From Oligoflexales bacterium (GTDB taxonomy: Bacteria > Bdellovibrionota_B > Oligoflexia > Oligoflexales > JAPPIL01), in contig OZ244057.1 of the NCBI GenBank assembly GCA_965215515.1, positions 1,088,001-1,152,000 of the forward strand: DNA of 64,000 bases, in the 5' to 3' direction. Under the pieces are notes generated by a model. It had not been told where the DNA came from, made no database searches, and saw only the letters and a program-made list of their open reading frames with translations. The stretch's first letter is position 1; the number at the start of each line of letters is the position of its first letter. Positions 1 to 7,986 of this stretch are shown here, in pieces. A program made the translations under genes and the position numbers.

Positions 1-2
1 CC

Positions 3-2846
3 GAAGTCAACACCGAGACGGTAGTCAATAACCTTGCTGCCGCGCTCGGTTTTACTGTCGATCCGACTTTTTTTAAAGCGCGTGTGCGGCTTTATCTGCC
101 GCTCGCTGATCCCCGTGATGCGGTGGAGTTTGAGCGGCAGCGTCAGCGTTTGTTGCACGTGCAGCGGCGGTGGGCGAATCGTCCGCAGCGGGCGCTGGCA
201 GATGTCCAGCGTGACGCAAAAGGGCATTGGTACATTCGCCTGCGCTCGGTATCGCTGGAGCGGCGCGGGCATCCTGATCACGATCTCAGCGTGGGTAGTT
301 TTGTCAAGGGGGCTTTCAGTCGTCCGTTGAAACGGGAGTTCCGTGCTTTTGCTCTGTTCTCGGCCTGGGTCGCGGATACCGACACCAAGGATGACAACGC
401 CAATCTCGTGTTAGTCGGCAATCGTCAGCAGGGTTACCAGGTTACCTTTAGTGCTGCTGACATGGGCGCTTCGCTGGGTGGTCTTTTCGGCAAAGATGCG
501 CCGAATTTCTTCGCACGCGATCTCGTCGAACGTGTTCGTCGCAAGCCCGACGGCACGATTTACGAAGTTGTGCTCAACTACCGCAACACTGCGGGCAATC
601 GTGCCCACGATGTGATCAGTATCAACGATGCCAAGTGGATGACGCGGCTCATCGCGCAGTTATCGCCCGCGCAGATCACGCGAGCCTTGCGGGCAGCGGG
701 CTACTCGCCGTTATTGTGCGAATACTTCACTCAGATTATGCTGCGTCGCCGCGACCAGTTGCTCGCTACCTTCTTTGGTGCGCAGGAGCAGACGAATGTC
801 GATGCGGCGGGTAATCGTTTTGTGCTGCGCCCTGAAAGCAAGATGGTCGATCCCGACAACTATGCTGTGGCGGGCTACGAGCAGTTTTTTCGGCGCGGTT
901 ATCTGCATGATCCGCAGGGGCTGGTATCGGACAACCCCAGTGATTTTGTGCGTCGCTATTACGATCGTGATCTCAAACATGCTACCCGCGGCACGTTACA
1001 GCATGCCTTAGGGGAGACGCTTCGTGCGCAGGGGAAGATTGCTGCCTTAGCTTTGTGGAGTAAAAGTTTACAGAAGTTACCTGTCACCAATCGCACTTTC
1101 GGCTTGCCTTTGCTCGACGGTGATTTTTGTCGACGGGCGTGTTTTTACGATGGTTTGCGGGTTGGCATTACTGATTTTATTCCGCACCGTGTCGTACTCA
1201 AAAACCCTTTGGATGATGGAGATAGTCCGTGGTTAGTGGCAGATGTCTATCGCTTCGGTTTTTTGCTTGGCGCTGACATCGGGGATGATTTTCCTGCCCG
1301 TTTCGGTATCGCGGTCGAACTTGCTGACAACCTGCCACAGGCACGGTATCAGCGTGTTTATGAACTTATCAAGGTCAGGCCTATTGCTGATTATGCTGAT
1401 AGTGTCAAAAACTTACACGAGCTTATGCCTCCACAAATTTTGCATCATCGCCGTATCGATGCTCAGATGATCGATAACTTGCGGGTGGGTGAGGCACTTA
1501 TTGTCAGCACCTATCTCAGTCGGGTGTTAGAACTGCGGGTGGGCAGTTTTGATATCTTCTCGCGTCCGTTGTTGAGGACAGGTTTTGATCTCGATCGTGT
1601 CACGGTGAGTCGGAAAGCGGTATTCAGAAAAGACGACGGCGGTTATCTGTTGCAGTTTGCGGATTTGCGGGCGACCAAGTTCGCTTTGGGGGTAGAGGGA
1701 GAATTTTTGCTGCAAGATTTTCCCGTGGCGCGTATGGAGATAGAAAAGTTATCTAAAACGGATTTACTCTATGAATTTACTGCCCCGCAACGTGCGCTTG
1801 TCGAGGAGAATGTCGGCAGAGTTTCACCTTCCGACAGCATTGCGGGGATGGCTATTGTGCGGCGTGTGATGGCAAACAGCAAGACTAAATTCGGACAGCT
1901 GTTGTCCTTGGCGAAGCTTTTTTTCAACGAGATGGATGTTTCTAGCATCATCGTTACTGATCGTGCTCAGCGTCGTGAGTTGCACGTGGCGACGGTGAGC
2001 GATAGACGTAGTGACCGCGCGATTGTGCCATTGCTGAAGTCTGCTCGCAAGACGCTGAGGAGTTTCATCGCTGCTGACGAGCGGGTGTATGTCAAGCTCG
2101 ACATGCACTACGATAGTTTTCTTACTAAACGCGCACAGTTTGCTTGGGTCTATCACAACATGTTGCCGTTATTGGGCAAGCAGTTCATTCTTTTTACGCC
2201 TGCTGAGGTACGGTATTATCTCGATGTCTTTGCTTTTCGGGGCGAGGTCTATGTGTTGCCTGAGGGGGTGCGCAGTGTTATGGCATGGCATGATCTGTCT
2301 CGTCAGGATTTTTGTGTGCGTTATGCCCGTGCGGCGGGCAAAAACCATCCGCACCGCTGGTGTCGCAGGCTGTATGACGGCGGGCTGGGGATCAGCAGCG
2401 GACGTGGGCGGATCGTGATGACGGAAGAGCGGCGTTTCCGCAATTTTCGTGCCCGTTATCTCAAGACGGTGCGGGTGTGGCAACAGCCGCTGACGGCGGA
2501 AAACAGCAGTGCACAGCGGTGTGCGAGAGCGCAGGCCGTTGCTGAGTTGTTCGCGGCGGGTAACTTTCAGCCTGCGGTCTGGCAGATGTTACAGGCGATG
2601 GCGGGGGAGGAGAACATCTATCGTGATGCGGTGCTCACCTCTCGCACGGGCGCTTTCCCTGCCCAGAGCAAGAGACTGCGGATGCCCGCTTCGCTGCGTG
2701 GCGGCGCGGCGGCGACGACACCGCAGGTTTTTGCCGATCTCGTGACGGCGGTCACCATCGTCAGCGACCCGCTGTTCGGCGAGTTACGGAGGGCTTTTTA
2801 TGCCCCGCGAGGCGACGACATCGTGCCCACGTTAGTCGGTTACTAG
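3..2846 (+). CDS. 5'-partial large protein (>940 aa) with an N-terminal atypical protein-kinase-like domain (HipA/CotH/PI3K-like)
   Basis: The frame is open from position 3 (EVNTETVVNNLAAALGF...), upstream of the ORF-track start at 84. Motifs: DTKDDN (catalytic-loop DxKxxN) and DMGASLG (DFG-like). The C-terminal ~600 aa are not recognised. Confidence 0.6.
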   Translation, partial: EVNTETVVNNLAAALGFTVDPTFFKARVRLYLPLADPRDAVEFERQRQRLLHVQRRWANRPQRALADVQRDAKGHWYIRLRSVSLERRGHPDHDLSVGSFVKGAFSRPLKREFRAFALFSAWVADTDTKDDNANLVLVGNRQQGYQVTFSAADMGASLGGLFGKDAPNFFARDLVERVRRKPDGTIYEVVLNYRNTAGNRAHDVISINDAKWMTRLIAQLSPAQITRALRAAGYSPLLCEYFTQIMLRRRDQLLATFFGAQEQTNVDAAGNRFVLRPESKMVDPDNYAVAGYEQFFRRGYLHDPQGLVSDNPSDFVRRYYDRDLKHATRGTLQHALGETLRAQGKIAALALWSKSLQKLPVTNRTFGLPLLDGDFCRRACFYDGLRVGITDFIPHRVVLKNPLDDGDSPWLVADVYRFGFLLGADIGDDFPARFGIAVELADNLPQARYQRVYELIKVRPIADYADSVKNLHELMPPQILHHRRIDAQMIDNLRVGEALIVSTYLSRVLELRVGSFDIFSRPLLRTGFDLDRVTVSRKAVFRKDDGGYLLQFADLRATKFALGVEGEFLLQDFPVARMEIEKLSKTDLLYEFTAPQRALVEENVGRVSPSDSIAGMAIVRRVMANSKTKFGQLLSLAKLFFNEMDVSSIIVTDRAQRRELHVATVSDRRSDRAIVPLLKSARKTLRSFIAADERVYVKLDMHYDSFLTKRAQFAWVYHNMLPLLGKQFILFTPAEVRYYLDVFAFRGEVYVLPEGVRSVMAWHDLSRQDFCVRYARAAGKNHPHRWCRRLYDGGLGISSGRGRIVMTEERRFRNFRARYLKTVRVWQQPLTAENSSAQRCARAQAVAELFAAGNFQPAVWQMLQAMAGEENIYRDAVLTSRTGAFPAQSKRLRMPASLRGGAAATTPQVFADLVTAVTIVSDPLFGELRRAFYAPRGDDIVPTLVGY
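2427..2694 (+). repeat. 268-bp direct repeat, copy 1 (inside the 3' part of the kinase-like gene)
   Basis: Matches 3085-3352 with one substitution found by eye (cggtgt vs cggcgt). Confidence 0.95.
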
Positions 2847-2866
2847 CCTGCTCGCGGTATCCTGTT

Positions 2867-2938
2867 CTATCTCTCAACAGCTTTTCGCAGCAGAACACCA
2901 GCTTTGAAGACGGGCGTTCTACGCGCGGGGATTTTTAT
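2867..2938 (-). pseudogene. Truncated duplicate of the 3' end of the HU gene
   Basis: 72 bp matching 3437-3508 with 2 mismatches, both non-synonymous. It ends exactly at the MITE left end. Confidence 0.9.
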
Positions 2939-3084
2939 CCTGAGTCCCGCGGGTAAATTAGCATTGTTGCCTAAGTCGGTGTGTTTTCAGGCACTACAAA
3001 AAGGGAAGATAGACAAAACACCGCAAAATCAGGCCTTCCGTCGCTCAAAAAATTAAATTAAGCGCCCTACCCGCGGAACTCAGG
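2939..3084. mobile_element. 146-bp MITE, probably derived from an IS1380-family element
   Basis: 17-bp terminal inverted repeats cctgagtcccgcgggta (2939-2955) and tacccgcggaactcagg (3068-3084), 1 mismatch. AT-rich non-coding interior. CCTG termini are typical of IS1380-family ends. No target-site duplication is visible. Confidence 0.8.
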
Positions 3085-3352
3085 GAGCGGCGTTTCCGCA
3101 ATTTTCGTGCCCGTTATCTCAAGACGGTGCGGGTGTGGCAACAGCCGCTGACGGCGGAAAACAGCAGTGCACAGCGGCGTGCGAGAGCGCAGGCCGTTGC
3201 TGAGTTGTTCGCGGCGGGTAACTTTCAGCCTGCGGTCTGGCAGATGTTACAGGCGATGGCGGGGGAGGAGAACATCTATCGTGATGCGGTGCTCACCTCT
3301 CGCACGGGCGCTTTCCCTGCCCAGAGCAAGAGACTGCGGATGCCCGCTTCGC
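3085..3352 (+). repeat. 268-bp direct repeat, copy 2 (gene fragment starting directly at the MITE right end)
   Basis: Near-identical to 2427-2694. Accounts for the ORF-track call 3127..3429. Confidence 0.95.
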
Positions 3353-3436
3353 GGCGCGGCCTGCTTGCCGCCTCCTCTCTTCGTCTCTACATCGGGCGGC
3401 ACCTCGGCATTGCTCTTCGCCCGCGGTAATCATGTC

Positions 3437-3712
3437 CTATCTCTCAACAGCTTTTCGCAGCAGAGCACCAGCTTTGAAGACGGGCGCTCTACGCGCGGGG
3501 ATTTTTATTTCCGCTCCTGTCTGGGGATTGCGTCCGCTGCGTGCCTTACGTCTAGCGACACTGAAAGTGCCGAAACCTACCAGCCGCACTCCGTCCTTCT
3601 TTTTCATGTTTTTGCTGACCACATCGATGAATGACGAGACAAAACCTTCTACGGTATTCTTGCTTTGCCCTGTCATGTCGGCGATTTCTTCCACCAGTTC
3701 CTTACGGTTCAT
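3437..3712 (-). CDS. hup: DNA-binding protein HU
   Basis: 91 aa, MNRKELV... with the HU/IHF signature GFGTFSVARRKARSGRNPQTG. Confidence 0.97.
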   Translation of the reverse strand: MNRKELVEEIADMTGQSKNTVEGFVSSFIDVVSKNMKKKDGVRLVGFGTFSVARRKARSGRNPQTGAEIKIPARRAPVFKAGALLRKAVER

Positions 3713-3800
3713 GCCGATACCTCTGCTGCATGGTTACTCAACGTTTACATCATACCACAACCGTTGCGTTGCGCCACAAGACGAATTTCGCAGAAACGAG

Positions 3801-3836
3801 AAAAAAGCCGCGTGGCGCAGCGCCTCACGGCTTTTC
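3801..3836 (-). terminator. Rho-independent terminator for the 3874-4338 gene
   Basis: aaaagccg...cggctttt stem with an inner ggcgc/gcgcc stem, followed by T6 on the minus strand. Confidence 0.7.
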
Positions 3837-3873
3837 TAGATGAAGGAGAGTCGGGTCTACCGATCGAGCTTCC

Positions 3874-4338
3874 TCAACTGGCTTGTTTCTCAGCAGCTTC
3901 TTTTGTTTTTTCTGCACCTTTTTTGAAGGTTTGCTTGATCTTGGCGATCAGCTTACCGATCGTTCCGCTGTAGACGGTGAAGAAACGGCCACTCTTGGCG
4001 CTTTCGATCTTCTCGTTGATCTTGGCGATCTTCTCGTCGATCTTGGCTGTATCCGCACCCTCGGTAGCTTTAGCCGCCTTCAAGTCTTGTAGCTTATCGA
4101 TGTCTTTTTGGAGCATCTTTTTGACTCCATCTTCACTCATGAAGTGTTTACGGCATGCACGCTTAGCACCAGGCACAACCGTGCAGAGGGTAACGACCAC
4201 GATCGCGGCACCGACAACGTACTTCGTCGTCGAGCTACCTTCGCCTTCCGATTGCGAGCCTAACGACTCGCCCTGAGGGGCAGTACCACACGCGCCTACC
4301 AGCATCGTTGCCAACAGTAAAGAGAGCATCCTTTTCAT
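3874..4338 (-). CDS. Hypothetical lipoprotein with a hydrophobic helix and a Lys-rich coiled coil
   Basis: MKRMLSLLLATMLVGAC lipobox, AAGGA RBS; 21-bp tandem repeat at 4005-4046 (KIDEKIA/KINEKIE). Confidence 0.8.
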   Translation of the reverse strand: MKRMLSLLLATMLVGACGTAPQGESLGSQSEGEGSSTTKYVVGAAIVVVTLCTVVPGAKRACRKHFMSEDGVKKMLQKDIDKLQDLKAAKATEGADTAKIDEKIAKINEKIESAKSGRFFTVYSGTIGKLIAKIKQTFKKGAEKTKEAAEKQAS

Positions 4339-4384
4339 AACTAAATCCTTTCTTGCATTATAGAAAACGAACACGACTTCCGTG

Positions 4385-4413
4385 CTTGTATACCGAACAA
4401 GTCATCTTGTCAA
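4385..4413 (-). promoter_or_regulatory. sigma70-like promoter TTGACA-N15-TATACAAG
   Basis: Perfect -35 hexamer. The same motif and spacing occur at 44350-44378. Confidence 0.55.
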
Positions 4414-4475
4414 CACTTTGTTAAAGATATTAAATCCTTCAATAATATTAACAAAATGAGCGCGGCGGCACGCAG

Positions 4476-4612
4476 GTGGAGGAGTCCTACAACGGCGGCG
4501 GCTCACCCGCACGGTAACGAAGGACGGAACGACGACCCCTCCCATGATGACTCCCTTCGCCAACACCAGCAACCAACCTGCCCTTGCCGCAGCGAGGGCG
4601 GGACTCTTCTAC
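4476..4612 (+). ncRNA. Candidate structured RNA, family unknown
   Basis: 13-bp closing stem 4476-4488/4600-4612 (3 G-U pairs), abutting 8-bp hairpin 4580-4599, inner stem 4518-4523/4554-4559. GC-rich island in an intergenic region. Confidence 0.3.
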
Positions 4613-4710
4613 GCACGAAAGGCGAGTATGTAAAGGCAAAAATTACTTTTTGATGTGCACCCTTGCATTTTTTTCACCTCCCACATATACGGCAGCTGTC
4701 AGGGGGTGGA

Positions 4711-5400
4711 GTGCGATCTTTTCCTTATGCGGTCGATGCTGTTGTCGTGGCGGGTGCGGGCGGTGCTTTGGGGCAGGCTGTCGTGCGGTACCTTTTGGAT
4801 GCGGGGCGGCGGGTGCATGCGGTTTATCGACGGCACGTATCTGTGCCCTCCCATCCTCGTCTCACCACCCATACCTGTGACTTAGGGGATGGGAAGGCGG
4901 TGCAGGAGTTGTTTGCTCATCTCGCCGCACGGCATGCGGATGTTGCCGCGGTGGTGAATGCTGCGGGTGGTTTCGTGGGGGCGAAGACCGCCGCCTGTGC
5001 GGACGAGGATCTCGATTTTTTGCTCACTGCCAATTACAAGAGTGCGTTTTTTCTGACAAAATACGCGTTGCCACACCTGTGTGCGCAACGCGCAGGGCGT
5101 ATCGTGCTCATCTCGGCTGCGGCGACGTGGCGCGGTGGCGAGATCGGGATGGGTGCTTATCTCGCCAGCAAAGCCGCTCTCAACGCATTGCTGGCGAGCA
5201 CGGCGCTTGAGTTACGGGGCAGCAGGGTGACTATCAACGCTGTCGCTCCGACCATCATCGACACCCCCAGCAACCGCCGCGCGCTGCCGCAGGCGGACAC
5301 CTCTACCTGGGTGAGCACGACAGCGCTCAACAGGGTTATCTCCCTGCTGCTATCCGAGCAGGGAGGAGACATCAACGGCGCGCTCATCCCCGTGCTGTAG
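4711..5400 (+). CDS. Short-chain dehydrogenase/reductase (SDR)
   Basis: GAGGALG Rossmann motif, VNAAG, YLASK (YxxxK), NAVAP. GTG start after a GGGGTGGA RBS. Confidence 0.92.
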   Translation: MRSFPYAVDAVVVAGAGGALGQAVVRYLLDAGRRVHAVYRRHVSVPSHPRLTTHTCDLGDGKAVQELFAHLAARHADVAAVVNAAGGFVGAKTAACADEDLDFLLTANYKSAFFLTKYALPHLCAQRAGRIVLISAAATWRGGEIGMGAYLASKAALNALLASTALELRGSRVTINAVAPTIIDTPSNRRALPQADTSTWVSTTALNRVISLLLSEQGGDINGALIPVL

Positions 5401-5455
5401 TAAAGCTGAAAGTAAATGGGCACGAGGGATATGTGACGGGAGGTTCACTCAACCG

Positions 5456-6478
5456 TCAATCGTCGTCGCTTTCCCCGCTCCGTGCGGTGTCTGCGTGTTT
5501 CTCCTGGTAGGAGGCCGCGAACTCGCCGATTTCGCCCCGCAAAGCGCTATCGAAGGCATCACGCAGTGTTGTGATACTCAGTTTGTCCTTGCGGCTAGTG
5601 ACGAACATGTCGGGAATGGACATCAGGAGAGGAATCTTGACATTCTGTGCGTAGTAATTGGCTTTAAACGATTCCGAACCGAACCATCCCCAGGCTTTGA
5701 GGTTGTTCCATCCCGCGATTGCCATGATGGTGTAGCCTGTGAGGCGGGGTAGGGCACGATTGAGCGACTGGATAAAATTCGGGTGGGTTTTATCAGCACC
5801 AGCCTGAAGAGTGCTCTTGATGCCAGCTAACACTTGCTTAGGGGACAGTCTGCCACCAAAAATTTTCTTGAGCACTTCTAGCACGTTCTTGCTGAGTCCC
5901 TTGATAATCCCTGAAAGGGTCATCTGGGTGACCATGAAGCCACCTACTACGGCGAGTGCGGTAAGCACGATACGATTACGGCGCTCGATCAACTTGCCCG
6001 CAATATCGACAGGAAACGCCCGTCGCACTTCCAACACTGGGATGAAGAGGCTCTCCAAGTCGGCTATGGTATAGTACTCACGATCGCCGAGATACTCGCA
6101 GGTATGGCTGGCAGAATCACAGTACTTGAAGTAGTAGCCTCGTGACAGTGCCAGCGGGTTCGCCGCACCCTTGACACTCCCCGAAATAGACGAGAGCAGG
6201 TCTTTTTGCTGAAGGTGCTTGTTGAGTGGGATGTAGCCTATCTTGAGATGGCGCGTGTCGTTATGTTGCCAGATGACACTCTCGCCCGTCGTGTTCATCG
6301 CCCAACGTAACCCGTAAAGACGGTGCGAGCAGTAGCGGCTGTTGCACACGATCCCCTGCAAATTAAAATCCAGGCCAGAGTACGCACCCATCGGCACAGC
6401 AGACCCCTGCGGGTGCGCGGGCGTGCTGGCCAACATTGTGCACGTAAGCACCACCCCCAGCCAAACCATCCCAGCCAT
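5456..6478 (-). CDS. Hypothetical secreted/membrane protein
   Basis: ATG at 6478 after a GGAGGTG RBS, signal-like N-terminus, internal hydrophobic helices. Confidence 0.75.
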   Translation of the reverse strand: MAGMVWLGVVLTCTMLASTPAHPQGSAVPMGAYSGLDFNLQGIVCNSRYCSHRLYGLRWAMNTTGESVIWQHNDTRHLKIGYIPLNKHLQQKDLLSSISGSVKGAANPLALSRGYYFKYCDSASHTCEYLGDREYYTIADLESLFIPVLEVRRAFPVDIAGKLIERRNRIVLTALAVVGGFMVTQMTLSGIIKGLSKNVLEVLKKIFGGRLSPKQVLAGIKSTLQAGADKTHPNFIQSLNRALPRLTGYTIMAIAGWNNLKAWGWFGSESFKANYYAQNVKIPLLMSIPDMFVTSRKDKLSITTLRDAFDSALRGEIGEFAASYQEKHADTARSGESDDD

Positions 6479-6526
6479 CTTTATCACCTCCGTTAGCCTC
6501 TCGCCGCGCCGCACCGTAGCACCACG

Positions 6527-6542
6527 TTGACAAGGATGTCAA
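6527..6542. promoter_or_regulatory. Palindrome TTGACA-AGGA-TGTCAA between divergent genes
   Basis: Two inverted -35-type hexamers in a ~120-bp divergent intergenic region. Confidence 0.45.
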
Positions 6543-6597
6543 TTTTTATTACACGTTCGGCCGTGAGAGGGTTTTAATTTGTGTACAGAGGTAGAAG

Positions 6598-7944
6598 ATG
6601 AGAGTTAGTGGGTTGATGCTCCTCGTTGCATCGTTTGTGGGGGGTTGTGGAGTGAATGAGGCACGGACTAAATCGCTGACGGATATGAAATCGGTGCTGT
6701 TGTACCAGCATGTCGAAGCCGATCGTTTTCGGCTGCTCGCGTGCCCGTATGCAGTGGATCTGGACGTTGCCCGTGATTGCAGCAATGCGTTTTTCACTCC
6801 CGCGGGCGCTGAGTATTACTTCACGGGGATACCACAACAGCCTTGGGTGTTCGCTCCGTCGCAAGCGACGGTGAAGAGTATCCTGACCGTGCCTGTTGTC
6901 ATCGGCGGGGCTGTGTTGAGTTGGGTGGCACTGCGGAAGTTGCTCACCAAAATCAGGGTCGATACCGCTAAAAAAGAGCTCAGGGGCGGCAGATCGTCAG
7001 CGAAGAACAGCGACGACGCGACGCAGGCAGCGGGCAGGCAAGCGACAAAACGCACTGCCGAACTTACGGATAGATCCTATCGTGTGCTAGTTGAGGAAAT
7101 TGAGGAATCCATTACAGACTACCCCGAAAAATTTAGACGAAGCATGCAAGGAGTGAGACTGCGCAGACCGAGGAAACCCCTAACGGAGCACGAGGTTAAG
7201 ACGGTCGCCGACATAAATACGGATTTGGAACGGGAGAGAGCGTTCGTCGCCGAGCAGTTTGCCCTTGTCACCCAGGCGATGGAGGAATCCGAGCTTTACG
7301 AGACGCTTTTCGCGGGACAGCGGTGGTGGAAAAGACCGAAAGAACCCGCTAGCATTTTCAAAAAATTCGAGGAGATGTACGACAAAACGATTACCGAAAC
7401 GCTAGGCAGAGAAAATACTCTCATAGGAAAAGAGAGAGTGGTTGAATTCAGGCAAGCCGATGCATTCGTCGGAAAGATACGCCAGGTGAACGATAAGTTC
7501 CTTACCGAGGATGGCCAATTTATCGATAAGTTTACGCAGTTGGTGGCACGCCCCGATGTGCGCGACACGATACGTGCCAATCGCAGCAATTTCAGGAGAC
7601 AGGTGGCAGACACGATAGAAAGGGATGTGGAGGAGCGTTCCGCAACAATCGCCGCGCTGGCGGACGAATCAGCCCGTCGCGCGGGAAACGTGCGGGACTA
7701 TCTGCTCGCCGCACTCGGCGGTCTGCTGGCGGGCTCGTATTTGCCCGACAAAATTCCCCCCCTCGAAAAACATTTCTTCACCGCGCGGGAGTGGCAAAAG
7801 CTCTTTGCGCGCGATGACAACTTCAAGAAACCCATGCGTATCACCGACAGCTACACCGTCGTCAAAAAACTGACCCGCTACCTAAAGCGCAAAGGCGAAG
7901 AGGTTGTAATCAACGAGCAGGTTTTCTTCGGCCTGAAGAATTAG
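6598..7944 (+). CDS. Hypothetical lipoprotein with two internal hydrophobic helices flanking a charged helical region
   Basis: MRVSGLMLLVASFVGGC lipobox; 448 aa. Confidence 0.8.
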   Translation: MRVSGLMLLVASFVGGCGVNEARTKSLTDMKSVLLYQHVEADRFRLLACPYAVDLDVARDCSNAFFTPAGAEYYFTGIPQQPWVFAPSQATVKSILTVPVVIGGAVLSWVALRKLLTKIRVDTAKKELRGGRSSAKNSDDATQAAGRQATKRTAELTDRSYRVLVEEIEESITDYPEKFRRSMQGVRLRRPRKPLTEHEVKTVADINTDLERERAFVAEQFALVTQAMEESELYETLFAGQRWWKRPKEPASIFKKFEEMYDKTITETLGRENTLIGKERVVEFRQADAFVGKIRQVNDKFLTEDGQFIDKFTQLVARPDVRDTIRANRSNFRRQVADTIERDVEERSATIAALADESARRAGNVRDYLLAALGGLLAGSYLPDKIPPLEKHFFTAREWQKLFARDDNFKKPMRITDSYTVVKKLTRYLKRKGEEVVINEQVFFGLKN

Positions 7945-7986
7945 CCAGTTCCTCGGCAAGCCCCTAGGCTGCACACCATGTGCAGC

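Noticed and set aside
3127..3429. 100-aa ORF
   Set aside because: It is the duplicated gene fragment running into unrelated sequence, with no RBS.
4479..4487. GAGGAGTCC resembling the RNase P GAGGAAAGUCC motif
   Set aside because: The motif is incomplete, the 3' conserved element is absent and the region is too short.
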